Source: a bacterium
GTDB taxonomy: Bacteria; Patescibacteriota; Minisyncoccia; Phycocordibacterales; Phycocordibacteraceae
NCBI GenBank assembly: GCA_023267755.1
Contig: JAHFMR010000003.1
Location: forward strand, 7,315-71,314
Direction: 5' to 3'
DNA length: 64,000 nucleotides
Shown piece by piece: positions 18,511-28,550 of the stretch. The notes under the pieces are model-generated. The model did no database searches, was not told where the DNA came from, and saw only the letters and a list, made by a program, of their open reading frames with translations. Within the stretch, counting starts at the first letter, position 1. Each line of letters begins with the position of its first letter. A program made the position numbers and the translations under genes.

Positions 18511-19122
18511 ATGAAAACTGGACCACGTTACAAGATTGCTAAGCGCCTCGGCGCGACCGTCTTCGAAAAAGCGCAAACGCAGAAGTTTGCTATTTCTGCT
18601 GAGCGCTCTGCCAAGAACAAGCGCCGCGGCCGTGGTCGCCAGAGCGAGTACGGCAAGCAGATGCTCGAGAAGCAGAAGGTGCGCGTTACCTACGGACTAA
18701 CGGAGCGTCAGTTCCGCAACTATGTCCGCAAGGCACTTGAGACGCACGCGATGCAGCCGAGCGAGCGCCTCCACGAGCTTCTCGAAACGCGTCTCGACAA
18801 CGTCGTGTGGCGCCTCGGTCTCGCCGCAACCCGTCGTGGTGCACGTCAGATGGTTGCACACGGCCACGTGATGGTCGGCACAAAGAAGATCCGCGTTCCA
18901 TCGCACCTGCTCTCGGTGGGAGACACCCTCTCTATCCGCGAGGGGTCAAAGGATCACGGTGTGCTGGTGGGCTTTGCCGATCGCTTCGCGGAGCGACCGC
19001 TCCCATCCTGGCTCTCGTGGAATCCAAAAGCGATGGAAGGGACAGTTGTGGCGCGCCCAACTGCGGCGTCGGCAGATCCTGCTGGCGACTTGGTAGCCGT
19101 GCTCTCGTTCTACACGAGATAG
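18511..19122 (+). CDS. rpsD: 30S ribosomal protein S4
   Basis: SEYGKQMLEKQK, LETRLDNVV.RLG, ARQMVAHGH. Confidence 0.96.
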   Translation: MKTGPRYKIAKRLGATVFEKAQTQKFAISAERSAKNKRRGRGRQSEYGKQMLEKQKVRVTYGLTERQFRNYVRKALETHAMQPSERLHELLETRLDNVVWRLGLAATRRGARQMVAHGHVMVGTKKIRVPSHLLSVGDTLSIREGSKDHGVLVGFADRFAERPLPSWLSWNPKAMEGTVVARPTAASADPAGDLVAVLSFYTR

Positions 19123-19157
19123 CAGATTTATTATTTACCGGTAATTACGATTGCGTT

Positions 19158-20099
19158 ATGGAATACCACATTACACTTCCGAGTAAGCCCCGTATCGTTT
19201 CTGAAGAAGGGCTTCAGGGCGTCTATGAGATCGACTCGCTTTACCCAGGCTACGGCCACACCCTCGGCAATAGTCTCCGTCGCATTATCCTCTCCTCGCT
19301 TTCTGGCGCGGCTATCACACAGGTCAAGATTGAGGGCGTCCCGCACGAGTTCGCCACTATCGACGGTATGCGCGAGACCGTTATGGAGCTCCTCCTCAAC
19401 CTCAAGCGCATCCACTTCGTCCTCCACGGTGACGAGCCGCAGACAATCTCGCTCACCGCAAAGGGAACTGGCGAGATTACTGCTAAGAACTTTAATCTGC
19501 CAAGCCAAGTAGAGATTAAGAACCCCGACCAACACATCGCTGACCTCTCTGGCAATAAGGGTTCTATCGAGATTGAGGCTACTATCGAACGCGGTCTGGG
19601 CTATGTCGCGCGCGAGGTACTCACCAAGGACAAGGTAGATATCGGCACCATCGCACTCGACGCGACCTTCACCCCTATTCGTCGTGTGAACTACGAGGTG
19701 GACAATATGCGTGTGGGTGATCGCACCGACTTCAATCGTCTCCGGATCCTTATCGAGACCAATGGCACTATCGCTCCGCGTGAGGCGCTTGAGCAGTCTA
19801 TCGAGACAATGATCCACCAGCTCAAGGCCGTCATCGGCTTCCAAGAATCTGCGCCGATAGAGTCTCCGGCTGCCGCCAAGGCAGAGGCTGCGAGCGAAGC
19901 CACTAAGGTGAAAATAGCCGACCTGAATCTCTCTCCGCGCATCACTACCGCGCTTGAGAGCGCCGGTATCAAGAGCGCCGCTGGTCTCACCCGCAAGACG
20001 GCAAGTGCCCTTAAGGAGCTCGACGGCATCGGCGACAAGGCGATAGAGGAGATTGCTGACGCACTCGCGAACAACGGTCTTACGCTCAAGAGCGAATAA
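19158..20099 (+). CDS. rpoA: RNA polymerase subunit alpha
   Basis: GYGHTLGNSLRR, HEFATIDG, DATFTPIRRVNY.V...RVG; alpha-CTD present. Confidence 0.96.
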   Translation: MEYHITLPSKPRIVSEEGLQGVYEIDSLYPGYGHTLGNSLRRIILSSLSGAAITQVKIEGVPHEFATIDGMRETVMELLLNLKRIHFVLHGDEPQTISLTAKGTGEITAKNFNLPSQVEIKNPDQHIADLSGNKGSIEIEATIERGLGYVAREVLTKDKVDIGTIALDATFTPIRRVNYEVDNMRVGDRTDFNRLRILIETNGTIAPREALEQSIETMIHQLKAVIGFQESAPIESPAAAKAEAASEATKVKIADLNLSPRITTALESAGIKSAAGLTRKTASALKELDGIGDKAIEEIADALANNGLTLKSE

Positions 20100-20109
20100 C
20101 TAATCCGGT

Positions 20110-20463
20110 ATGGCATTTACTAAGAAAGCACAGACCTTCCATCGCGAGACCGGCCAACGCACGGCTCTCTTGAAGTCGCTCGCGCGCTCCCTCGTCCTCG
20201 AGGAACGCATCTCGACCACCGAGGCCAAGGCCAAGGCGCTCCGCCCGTTTGCCGAGCGACTCGTCACCTACGCTAAAACCAACACACTCGCAAGCCGCCG
20301 GCTCGCATTGTCGCGCCTGGGCGATAAGGAGGCGGTGAAGAAGCTCTTCGACACTATTGGCCCGCGCTACACCGAGCGCAAGGGCGGCTATACGCGTGTC
20401 GTGAAGCGCGCCAAGCGCGGCTTCAACGATGCTCGCAAGCTTGCGTATATCGCATTCGTGTAA
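20110..20463 (+). CDS. rplQ: 50S ribosomal protein L17
   Basis: ISTTEAKAKALR, R.GGYTRV; follows rpoA. Confidence 0.95.
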   Translation: MAFTKKAQTFHRETGQRTALLKSLARSLVLEERISTTEAKAKALRPFAERLVTYAKTNTLASRRLALSRLGDKEAVKKLFDTIGPRYTERKGGYTRVVKRAKRGFNDARKLAYIAFV

Positions 20464-20479
20464 TTAAATAAGCATTCCT

Positions 20480-20851
20480 ATGACCAGCAACACCAAGCCA
20501 GCCCCGAGCACCTACACTATCGACGCGACCGACCGCACCCTCGGCCGCGTGGCGAGCGAGGCGGCCAGCGCACTTCTCGGCAAGAAGTCTGTCCACTTCG
20601 CCAAGAACCAGGCGATACCGGTCACCGTCACCGTCACTAACGCAGGCAAGCTACACCTCCCAGCACGTCGCACGGCGGGTAAGATCTACACTCGCTACAC
20701 TGGCTACCCAGGCGGCCTCTACAGAATGACGATGGCCGAGATGATCGTGAAGAAGGGTATCAGCGAGGTGGTCCGCAAGACGGTCGACGGGATGATCCCG
20801 CGCAACAAGCTCCGCTCTCCGCGTATGAAGAATCTTATCGTCACCGAATAA
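20480..20851 (+). CDS. rplM: 50S ribosomal protein L13
   Basis: IDA...LGRVAS..A..L.GK, YTGYPGGL, GMIPRN. Confidence 0.94.
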   Translation: MTSNTKPAPSTYTIDATDRTLGRVASEAASALLGKKSVHFAKNQAIPVTVTVTNAGKLHLPARRTAGKIYTRYTGYPGGLYRMTMAEMIVKKGISEVVRKTVDGMIPRNKLRSPRMKNLIVTE

Positions 20852-20854
20852 TAT

Positions 20855-21253
20855 ATGGCATCAAAAACTTTCATCACCGCCGTCGGACGCCGTAAGACCG
20901 CTATCGCGAGCGTGCGGATGCTTAAGGCCGCCAAGTCCTCACTCGAGGTGAACGGCAAGAGCCCAAAGGACTATTTCAAGACAATCGAGAGGGTGAAGAT
21001 AGCTGAAGAGGCATTCACCATCGCCGAGAGTGCGGAGAACTATGCAGCCTTCGCACACGTGGAGGGTGGTGGTGTCGCCGCACAGGCAGACGCAGTGCGT
21101 CACGCTATCGCCCGCGCCATCATCAAGGCCGAGCCGAACACCCGCAAGGTACTCAAGGCGGCTGGACTCCTCAAGCGCGACCCGCGTGCCAAGGAGCGTA
21201 AGAAGCCGGGCCTCGTGAAGGCGCGCAAGGCCAAGCAATGGTCAAAGCGCTAA
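20855..21253 (+). CDS. rpsI: 30S ribosomal protein S9
   Basis: GRRKTAIA.V, GGG..AQA.A.RHAIARA, ERKKPGL.KAR...QWSKR. Confidence 0.97.
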   Translation: MASKTFITAVGRRKTAIASVRMLKAAKSSLEVNGKSPKDYFKTIERVKIAEEAFTIAESAENYAAFAHVEGGGVAAQADAVRHAIARAIIKAEPNTRKVLKAAGLLKRDPRAKERKKPGLVKARKAKQWSKR

Positions 21254-21267
21254 GCGCCAATCTCCGC

Positions 21268-21293
21268 AAAACCGCCCGCAAGGGCGGTTTTTG
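21268..21293 (+). terminator. Intrinsic terminator after rpsI
   Basis: AAAACCGCCC-GCAA-GGGCGGTTTTT. Confidence 0.9.
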
Positions 21294-21392
21294 GTACGGT
21301 TGTGCTTATTTGTTTCTCTGGTAGAATCACACCGGATGTATAGATGTACCGCCGTTTTGGCGATACCGACACTTGATATATGGAGGTTCCAC

Positions 21393-22904
21393 ATGAACAA
21401 CGAAAAGTTGTCCCTTGCTCGCTTGAGCGTCCCAGCCATCCCGGGATTGAAATTGCTTCACCGCGGCAAGGTGCGTGATACCTACGCTATTCCGGACCAT
21501 CCGGACAAGCTCCTGGTTATCGCTACCGACGGCCTCTCTATCTTCGACTTCGTGCTGAATGCGCTCGTCGAGGACAAAGGCGCCGTCTTGACGATGATGA
21601 ACCACTTCTGGCTCACTAAGCTCGAGAAGATGGGCATCAAGACCCACCTGATCGCCGCTGGCGCCGAGGTCGACCAGTATCTGCCCGAAGTCCTCCGCGG
21701 TAACACGGAGCTCCAGAAGCAAGCTATGGTCGTCAAGAAGCTCATGATGATCCCGGTCGAATTCGTCGTCCGCGGATACCTGACCGGCAGCGGCCTCAAG
21801 AGTTACCAGGAGACTGGTACCGTCTGTGGCCATGTCTTGTCGCGAGGCCTCTGTGATGGCGATGAGCTGCTACACCCCATCGATACGCCGACAACCAAGG
21901 CCGAAGAGGGGCACGACGAGCCGCTTGATGCCGCCGAGATTCGCCAGATGTATCCCGAGGAAACGGCGCTCTTACTCGAGATCTATGCCTGGGCAAGGAA
22001 ATTCATGCGGCAATACGGCATCATTATCGCCGATACCAAGATCGAGCTCGGGCGTGATGAAGAGGGAAATCTCTATGTCGCCGATGAGGTCCTCACGCCC
22101 GACTCAAGCCGCTTCTGGTCCTATGATCAGTGGGCTCAGAGTCGTCTGTTGGAAAAGCCGAAGGCTCCACCGCCCTACGACAAGCAGCTGGTGCGCAATG
22201 GGGGCATCCATGAAGGCATCAACAAGCTCGATCCGTCGCGCCTCGAGGACATCGCAAAGGCCCACTCGTGGTGGGTCCCGCCAGAGCTTCTTGAAGCGAC
22301 GACTGCGACATATCGCTACATCTTCTGGCGACTTACCCGGGCTCGTCTCGAGTCGTATCAGGCTTTGGAACTCGGTATCAACGTGGCTCCGCGCAGACGC
22401 AATCTCTCGATCATCTTCGGCAGCAGGAGTGACATCGCCAAGGTGAAGGAAACACTCAAGGCGCTCGAGGACGGGGAATTCCTAAGCGGAATCGCAGAAA
22501 ATGTTCAGTACCACGTGGTGAGCTGCCACCGCAATCCATTCGACCTGATGCGGTTCGTTGCAGGCGGATGTGGCGGCACCGACGCGATCATTGCAGTCGG
22601 GTCAAAAGCGTTCGCTTTGCCGGGGGTCCTTGATGCATTCCTCTACGCACATGGGCGCACCATCCCGGTAATCGGCGTCGCTTTGGGCAAGATTGGGAGC
22701 GCGGATCGCGCCGCAGCAGAGCTCTCGATCTCGGAACTTCCAGGAACACCGGTGGTGATGGATGAAGTCAACAAAAAGGTATATGCCGGTGAACAGGGGC
22801 TCCGCGATGCTCTTCATCGTGTAGCATTCGCCGAACTGCCGCCACTGCGTCCGCGCAAGGTAGCAGAGGCTGAGTTCAACATCAACCCGCACGAATATCT
22901 GTAA
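21393..22904 (+). CDS. purC: Fused SAICAR synthetase (PurC) and AIR carboxylase/mutase (PurE) domains
   Basis: PurC: RGKVRDTY, S.FD, PVEFVVRGYLTGSG, PTTKAE, ADTKIE.G, DEVLTPDSSRFW, DKQ. PurE: IIFGSRSD, SCHRNP, LPGV, PVIGV. GGAGG SD. Confidence 0.88.
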   Translation: MNNEKLSLARLSVPAIPGLKLLHRGKVRDTYAIPDHPDKLLVIATDGLSIFDFVLNALVEDKGAVLTMMNHFWLTKLEKMGIKTHLIAAGAEVDQYLPEVLRGNTELQKQAMVVKKLMMIPVEFVVRGYLTGSGLKSYQETGTVCGHVLSRGLCDGDELLHPIDTPTTKAEEGHDEPLDAAEIRQMYPEETALLLEIYAWARKFMRQYGIIIADTKIELGRDEEGNLYVADEVLTPDSSRFWSYDQWAQSRLLEKPKAPPPYDKQLVRNGGIHEGINKLDPSRLEDIAKAHSWWVPPELLEATTATYRYIFWRLTRARLESYQALELGINVAPRRRNLSIIFGSRSDIAKVKETLKALEDGEFLSGIAENVQYHVVSCHRNPFDLMRFVAGGCGGTDAIIAVGSKAFALPGVLDAFLYAHGRTIPVIGVALGKIGSADRAAAELSISELPGTPVVMDEVNKKVYAGEQGLRDALHRVAFAELPPLRPRKVAEAEFNINPHEYL

Positions 22905-22930
22905 CAACCGTCTCGCAAGAGGCTTATGGG

Positions 22931-22960
22931 GGAGGGCACGCAAGCCCTCCTTTTTCTTTT
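22931..22960 (+). terminator. Intrinsic terminator
   Basis: GGAGGGC-acgcaa-GCCCTCC followed by TTTTTCTTTT. Confidence 0.85.
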
Positions 22961-23022
22961 CCACTTGTGCTATATTCACGCCGGAGCAGTACATCGACAA
23001 CCCAACAACCAGTGAGGTAATC

Positions 23023-23427
23023 ATGCGCAAAAATGAAGCAACAGGCCGTATCAAGATACTCAAGACTCCTGATGGCGAAGCGCCGCTGTGGGTTCGCGAA
23101 GCGTGGTTTGGGCTCATCATCGCATGCTTCCCATATATCGGTGTCCCTTCGGGTGAACTAACCGGCGTCCTGTCTGGTGACGAACTACAGAACACCCGGC
23201 GTGGTGTCATCGTCCCGCAAGCCACCGCAATCGCTGAACTCTCCAAGCATGATCGAGAAGCGGCTGATTGGTGGTTCACCAACGGCTTCGGCGGGGAAGG
23301 CGATTATTTCTTTTTCTTCGAAGACGAGATCGGCATCGTGAGTGGTGTGGGTGAAGCGCCAATGCGTGTCTTCGACGATATGGAGACTGGTCGCTGGGAA
23401 GAACTGCCTGCTGGCACGGCACACTGA
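23023..23427 (+). CDS. Hypothetical protein (orphan)
   Basis: 134-aa ORF (TPDGEAPLWVREAWFGL), GAGGT SD, own TGCTATATT -10 and terminator. Confidence 0.72.
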   Translation: MRKNEATGRIKILKTPDGEAPLWVREAWFGLIIACFPYIGVPSGELTGVLSGDELQNTRRGVIVPQATAIAELSKHDREAADWWFTNGFGGEGDYFFFFEDEIGIVSGVGEAPMRVFDDMETGRWEELPAGTAH

Positions 23428-23446
23428 TTCAGCAGCACACGACCAG

Positions 23447-23481
23447 AAGCGAAGGGGGAATCCTCCTTCGCTTTTTGTTTT
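23447..23481 (+). terminator. Intrinsic terminator
   Basis: AAGCGAAGG...CCTTCGCTT followed by TTTGTTTT. Confidence 0.8.
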
Positions 23482-23516
23482 GACTACGGACATCATTTCA
23501 GGCATAGTGGAGAGGT

Positions 23517-24047
23517 ATGGTGGAATGGACTGGTGATGATATAGACGCAGAGAACGTCATCGAGCCCGATGAGGGTAGTGATGAAGCCCTGGCAAAAATC
23601 GCGAAGCTCCGTGCGGAGCTCACTACCTGTCGTGCCGAGAAGGCAGAATATATGGACGGCTGGCAGAGAGCCAAGGCCGATTACGTGAATGCCCTAAAGC
23701 GTTTCGACGAGGAGAAGAGACAGGTAAGCGAGCGTGGCGTAGTAAAGGCGGTTGAGACGCTCCTGCCCGCGTTCGATGCGCTCGAGCGCGCCAAGGAGCA
23801 CGGGGATATTCCCGAAGGCTTCAGCGGTATCGTGAAGCAGCTCGAGAGCGCCTTCGCTTCACTCGGGCTCGAGTCAGTAGGCGTTGTCGGTGAGGAGTTT
23901 GATCCAGCAAAGCATGAAGCACTGGGCCAAGACGCAGTGGAGACAGTAGAAGAAGACGGCAGGGTAACCGCAGTGCTCGAGAAGGGGTGGAAGAAGGGTG
24001 AAGTATTGATCCGCCCCGCGAAGGTGCGAGTTGCGCACCACGGGTAA
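23517..24047 (+). CDS. grpE: Nucleotide exchange factor GrpE
   Basis: QRAKADYVN..KR, LLPAFD.LERA, FDPAKHEAL, IRPAKV.V. Confidence 0.95.
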   Translation: MVEWTGDDIDAENVIEPDEGSDEALAKIAKLRAELTTCRAEKAEYMDGWQRAKADYVNALKRFDEEKRQVSERGVVKAVETLLPAFDALERAKEHGDIPEGFSGIVKQLESAFASLGLESVGVVGEEFDPAKHEALGQDAVETVEEDGRVTAVLEKGWKKGEVLIRPAKVRVAHHG

Positions 24048-24088
24048 CTTTTAGTAAAATTACTATTCCGTAATCAATTTAATTAACT

Positions 24089-25990
24089 ATGGCAAAAATT
24101 CTTGGTATCGATTTGGGCACTACCAACTCCGCGATGGCTATCGTCGAAGGCGGCGAGCCGCGCGTCTTAGAGAACGCCGAAGGCGCGCGCACGACCCCTT
24201 CTATTGTCGCGGTGGGGAAGAACGGAGAGCGCATCGTCGGTACGCTCGCGAAGCGTCAGTCGGTGACCAATCCGCTTAATACTATCTTCCAGATTAAACG
24301 CTTCATCGGTCACTCCTTTGATGAAGCCGAGGTGCAGAAGGACAAGTCTGTTGTCCCCTTTGAGATGCGCAAGGGCGAGACAGGTGGCATCGAGGTTAAG
24401 ATGACCGACAAGTGGTATCGCCCTGAGGAGGTCTCGGCAATGATTCTCGGCAAGATGAAGGCTGACGCTGAGGCCAAGCTCGGCGAGAAGATTACCGAGG
24501 CGGTGATTACCGTCCCTGCCTACTTCAACGATGACCAGCGCAGTGCGACGAAGGCAGCGGGAGAGATTGCGGGCCTTACGGTAAAGCGCATCATCAACGA
24601 GCCGACCGCTGCTGCGCTCGCGTACGGATTTAACAAGAAGAAGGATGAGAAGATTGCGGTCTTCGACTTCGGTGGTGGGACATTCGACATCTCCGTGCTC
24701 GAGGTGGGCGGCGACGTCATAGAAGTCAAGAGCACCGACGGTGACGCGCACTTGGGCGGTAAGGATATCGATCAGAAGATTATCAACTGGCTCGCCGACG
24801 AATTTAAGAAAGAGAGCGGGATCGACGTGCGCTCTGACGCACTCGCGCGCCAGCGCCTCGACGAGGCCGCCGAGAAGGCTAAGATTGAGCTCTCCAGCGC
24901 GATGGAGACAGAGATTAATATCCCATTCCTCACGAGCGACGCTTCGGGCCCGCGCCACCTGCTGATTAAGATGACACGCGCCAAGCTCGAGGAGCTCTCA
25001 AGCGAGTTTGTCGAGCGCGCGATAGCTATCACCAAGCGCGCGATGGAGGCATCGCCCTTTAAGGCGAGCGAGCTGAACGAGATTATCCTCGTGGGCGGCC
25101 AAACCCGTATGCCCGCGATTCAGGCAGCCGTCGAACAATTCTTCGGTAAGAAGCCGAATATGAGCGTCAACCCAGATGAGGTCGTCGCGGTGGGCGCTGC
25201 TATTCAGGCCGGCATCCTCCAGGGCGACGTGAAGGATATTCTCCTCGTAGATGTTATCCCGCTCTCGCTCTCTATCGAGACGATGGGCGGTGTCGCGACT
25301 AAGCTCGTGGAACGCAACACCGCGATACCAACGAGCCGTTCGCAGACCTTCTCCACCGCTGCTGATAATCAGCCGTCAGTAGAGATCCACATCACCCAAG
25401 GCGAGCGCGCGATGAGCGCCGACAATAAGTCATTGGGTAAATTTATGCTCGACGGGATCCCGCCGGCTCCGCGCGGGATGCCGCAGGTAGAAGTTACGTT
25501 CGACGTAGACGCCTCAGGCATTTTGACGGTGAAAGCTAAGGAGAAGACCACGGGCAAAGAGCAGTCTATACGCATCGAGGGCTCGACTGGTCTCTCTAAG
25601 GAGGACATCGCCAAGATGCAGGCCGACGCCGAGACGCACGCCGCAGAAGACGAGAAGCGTAAGGAGCTGGTGGAGGTGCGCAATGTCGCCGAGCAGGCAG
25701 TCTACGCCGCCGAGAAGTCGATTAAGGACTTCGGTGAGAAGGCGGGTGCTGAGGTGGTCAAAGAGGTGCAGGACAAGATTGATGCGCTCAAGACCGCTAA
25801 GGGGGGCGAAGATGCTGCGACGATTAAGACCGCTACCGAGACACTCTCATCTGCACTCTCTAAGATTGGTGAAGCGATGGCCAAGGCGACACCTCCTTCT
25901 GGAGGCGAAGCCGCTGGTCCCGACCAGGGTGGAGGGACTCCGCCAGAAACACCCCCAACAACGGACGCTGAATTTAAAGAAAAAGAGTAG
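24089..25990 (+). CDS. dnaK: Chaperone DnaK
   Basis: [42 protein letters not shown]. Confidence 0.98.
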   Translation: MAKILGIDLGTTNSAMAIVEGGEPRVLENAEGARTTPSIVAVGKNGERIVGTLAKRQSVTNPLNTIFQIKRFIGHSFDEAEVQKDKSVVPFEMRKGETGGIEVKMTDKWYRPEEVSAMILGKMKADAEAKLGEKITEAVITVPAYFNDDQRSATKAAGEIAGLTVKRIINEPTAAALAYGFNKKKDEKIAVFDFGGGTFDISVLEVGGDVIEVKSTDGDAHLGGKDIDQKIINWLADEFKKESGIDVRSDALARQRLDEAAEKAKIELSSAMETEINIPFLTSDASGPRHLLIKMTRAKLEELSSEFVERAIAITKRAMEASPFKASELNEIILVGGQTRMPAIQAAVEQFFGKKPNMSVNPDEVVAVGAAIQAGILQGDVKDILLVDVIPLSLSIETMGGVATKLVERNTAIPTSRSQTFSTAADNQPSVEIHITQGERAMSADNKSLGKFMLDGIPPAPRGMPQVEVTFDVDASGILTVKAKEKTTGKEQSIRIEGSTGLSKEDIAKMQADAETHAAEDEKRKELVEVRNVAEQAVYAAEKSIKDFGEKAGAEVVKEVQDKIDALKTAKGGEDAATIKTATETLSSALSKIGEAMAKATPPSGGEAAGPDQGGGTPPETPPTTDAEFKEKE

Positions 25991-26004
25991 GGCGGAAAGG
26001 GGGG

Positions 26005-26032
26005 TTGACAGATATGGTGATGTGTGTATAAT
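26005..26032 (+). promoter_or_regulatory. Consensus sigma70 promoter, TTGACA-N16-TATAAT
   Basis: Perfect -35 and -10 hexamers upstream of orphan 26072. Confidence 0.85.
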
Positions 26033-26071
26033 GTACACAGACGCACCCACCATAACCCAAAGGAGGCAGTC

Positions 26072-26377
26072 ATGTTGCGTAAACCTGAAGCTGGGTATCC
26101 AGGACTCATCGTTTCCCTTGCTGTCCTCATCGTCGCGATGCTGGCGATGACGGACAATTCGGGCTATCAGCCCGTTTCGGAACAGTATCTGGAACGGTCT
26201 TGGTCGAACGCGACCAGCCCGTATCAGTTCACCGACCCAGCCGTCGTGAAGCGAGCGCAAGCTCGCCGGCAGGACACCCGTGAGCTCCACATCCGGAGCT
26301 GCAAGGAAGATCCACGAGGATATGACTGTATCGAGTCGGGCAAGATGCTCGCTCGGCCGACCTTCCTGAAGGCGTAG
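26072..26377 (+). CDS. Hypothetical exported or membrane-anchored protein inserted between dnaK and dnaJ
   Basis: AAGGAGG SD, N-terminal hydrophobic helix, two Cys, own terminator. Confidence 0.72.
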   Translation: MLRKPEAGYPGLIVSLAVLIVAMLAMTDNSGYQPVSEQYLERSWSNATSPYQFTDPAVVKRAQARRQDTRELHIRSCKEDPRGYDCIESGKMLARPTFLKA

Positions 26378-26433
26378 CTGCATAGAACATCTCCCTGCGA
26401 GAGTCACGAGATGACGATCAACGGGCACTGAAG

Positions 26434-26471
26434 TGGCGCGAGACTCCCGAGTCCGCGCCATTTTCTTTTTT
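26434..26471 (+). terminator. Intrinsic terminator
   Basis: TGGCGCG(a)GACTC-cc-GAGTCCGCGCCA followed by TTTTCTTTTTT. Confidence 0.85.
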
Positions 26472-26508
26472 GCATACGGAAAGTGAGAAGCGTATACTCG
26501 ATATATCT

Positions 26509-27609
26509 ATGGCAAACAGCAAAGATTACTACAACGTGCTCGGTGTCGACAAGAAGGCCGATAAGGAGGAGATTAAGAAGGCCTTCCGTAAGCTCGCGCA
26601 TAAGTACCACCCCGACAAGGGCGGCACTGATGAGGCTAAGTTTAAGGAGATTACCGAGGCCTATTCGATTCTCTCTGACGACAAGAAGCGTCGCGAGTAT
26701 GACACCTATGGCCAAGCGTTCCCTGGTGGCGGAGCCCGTTCCACAGGCTCAGGGCAGGGTGGCAATCCTTTTGCTGGGTTCGACTTCTCGCAGTTCCAGC
26801 AAGGGTTCGGAGGCGGGGGGGTCGAGTTTGACTTCGGTGATGTCTTTGGTGATGTCTTCGGCGGACGTGGAGGTCACGCACGCACACCGAGGGGTCGCGA
26901 TATCTCTATCGATCTCGAGATTCCGTTTAAGGACGCCATCTTCGGGACCACACGTACTGTCCTTATTGGTAAAGTCTTTACCTGTGCTCACTGTCGTGGC
27001 AACGGGGCGAAGCCAGGAACCGATCTCGAGACCTGCAAGACTTGTAATGGGAGTGGTCGTGTCCACGAGATGCGTAATTCTATCCTCGGTCAATTCTCAA
27101 GCGTGCGTACCTGCAGCGACTGCGATGGGAGCGGTAAGATCCCTAAGGAAAAGTGTCCAGAGTGTAAGGGGCACGGTGTCCGTCGCCAAGAGGAGGAGAT
27201 GCATATCAGCGTCCCCGCGGGTATCGACAACGGCGAGATGATCCGCCTGCCCGGACAGGGTGAGGCGATTAAGGCCGGTACCGCAGGCGACCTCTACGTA
27301 AAGGTCCATGTGAAGCCGCACGCCACGTTTAATCGAGACGGAGTAAATCTCGTAATGAACTTGCCGGTCAAGATGACCGATGCGCTGCTCGGCACCACCG
27401 TCTCTGTCGAGACGCTCGAGGGGAAGACGCTCGAGGTCAAGATTCCCGTGATGCGCCATGTCGAGGAGCTCCTGCGTGTCCCCGGGAAGGGAATCCCTTA
27501 CGAGGGGAGTCGGGGCGACCTGATTATCCGACTCGAGGTCGCTCTCCCGCACAAGCTCTCAGGTAAAGCGAAGAAGGCTGTTGAGGAACTCAAATCGGAG
27601 GGGCTCTAG
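26509..27609 (+). CDS. dnaJ: Chaperone DnaJ
   Basis: J-domain with HPD, G/F-rich region, four CxxCxGxG repeats. Confidence 0.97.
   Translation: MANSKDYYNVLGVDKKADKEEIKKAFRKLAHKYHPDKGGTDEAKFKEITEAYSILSDDKKRREYDTYGQAFPGGGARSTGSGQGGNPFAGFDFSQFQQGFGGGGVEFDFGDVFGDVFGGRGGHARTPRGRDISIDLEIPFKDAIFGTTRTVLIGKVFTCAHCRGNGAKPGTDLETCKTCNGSGRVHEMRNSILGQFSSVRTCSDCDGSGKIPKEKCPECKGHGVRRQEEEMHISVPAGIDNGEMIRLPGQGEAIKAGTAGDLYVKVHVKPHATFNRDGVNLVMNLPVKMTDALLGTTVSVETLEGKTLEVKIPVMRHVEELLRVPGKGIPYEGSRGDLIIRLEVALPHKLSGKAKKAVEELKSEGL
26736..26758 (+). repeat. 23-nt STGSGQ repeat, copy 2, in-frame in dnaJ
   Basis: CCGTTCCACAGGCTCAGGGCAGG, 2 mismatches to the alaS copy. Confidence 0.8.
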
Positions 27610-27627
27610 TCGTGTATACTTTAGGGT

Positions 27628-28149
27628 ATGACTGCCTCTGACGGCATCGCCCAGGTAAGTGCTCTCGCGTCACACTCCGCGCTTACCGTGTGGAGTCTTG
27701 GGAGCGACTTCATCATTATCATCGTTCTGGTGCTCTTCTTCCTCTTCTTCGCGCGGAGTGTGGGTAGGGGCCAGTTCGTCGCTATCCTCCTCGCGTTCTA
27801 CTGCGCCTATGCGCTCTACGCCACCTTCCCCTACGCGTCCTACTTGCCGACCGCGCCTGCTCTAACCGCGCTCCTTTCCCAGCTCGGCGTCTATCTTGGC
27901 CTCTCATTTATCTTCTACGTGATTCTCCGCCGCGTGGTCGTCTCTGATTTCCTTAATATCGGACTTCTCGGACTCATCCTTCTCGCATTTCTGGGCACTG
28001 GCTTCCTTATCGCACTCGCGTATCACGTGTTCCCGGTTGATACGGTCTATCACTTCACCCCCACACTCGATCTCCTCTTCGCACCCAAGGCCTACTTCTG
28101 GTGGTGGTTCATCGCCCCAGCTATCGGTCTCTTCTTCCTCGCTCAATAG
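27628..28149 (+). CDS. Hypothetical multi-pass membrane protein
   Basis: About 5 hydrophobic segments; TATACT 7 nt before ATG. Confidence 0.75.
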   Translation: MTASDGIAQVSALASHSALTVWSLGSDFIIIIVLVLFFLFFARSVGRGQFVAILLAFYCAYALYATFPYASYLPTAPALTALLSQLGVYLGLSFIFYVILRRVVVSDFLNIGLLGLILLAFLGTGFLIALAYHVFPVDTVYHFTPTLDLLFAPKAYFWWWFIAPAIGLFFLAQ

Positions 28150-28194
28150 AGTGTAGAAATCGGGATGTGGGTAGTGTGATAAGATGGGGAACAT

Positions 28195-28539
28195 ATGTCG
28201 AAGGAAGAAAAAAATGCAGTGACACTTGACGACCTGGCTCAGATGGTCGCGGGCGGGTTCGTCGAACTTCGACAGGAAATGCACGATGGGTTTGCACGTG
28301 CGGATGGCCGTATAGATCAACTCGAAGCCAAAATGGACCGCGGATTCGCTAAGACTGACCAACACTTCACTGAAGTTGAAGATCGTCTCCTGACTCTCGA
28401 ACGCATCACTGCCAAAACAGCAAACGCCGTTGCTGATCTCCAGGAAGAAGTCTCCGCGATGAACACCGCTTTAGAAAAAGACACGCGCCAGATCATGAGC
28501 CACGAGCGCCGTATCACCACGCTTGAAGCGGTCGCTTGA
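28195..28539 (+). CDS. Hypothetical coiled-coil protein
   Basis: VTLDDLAQMVAGGF and heptad repeats (EMHDGFAR/KMDRGFAK), ends RITTLE. Confidence 0.75.
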   Translation: MSKEEKNAVTLDDLAQMVAGGFVELRQEMHDGFARADGRIDQLEAKMDRGFAKTDQHFTEVEDRLLTLERITAKTANAVADLQEEVSAMNTALEKDTRQIMSHERRITTLEAVA

Positions 28540-28550
28540 TGAATATACCT

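Noticed and set aside
23480-23517. CIRCE operator upstream of grpE-dnaK
   Set aside because: No TTAGCACTC-N9-GAGTGCTAA is present, only a TTGACT-N17-CATAGT promoter-like sequence.
28195-28539. Internal DNA tandem repeat in the coiled-coil gene
   Set aside because: The periodicity is at the protein heptad level only and the nucleotide repeats are degenerate.
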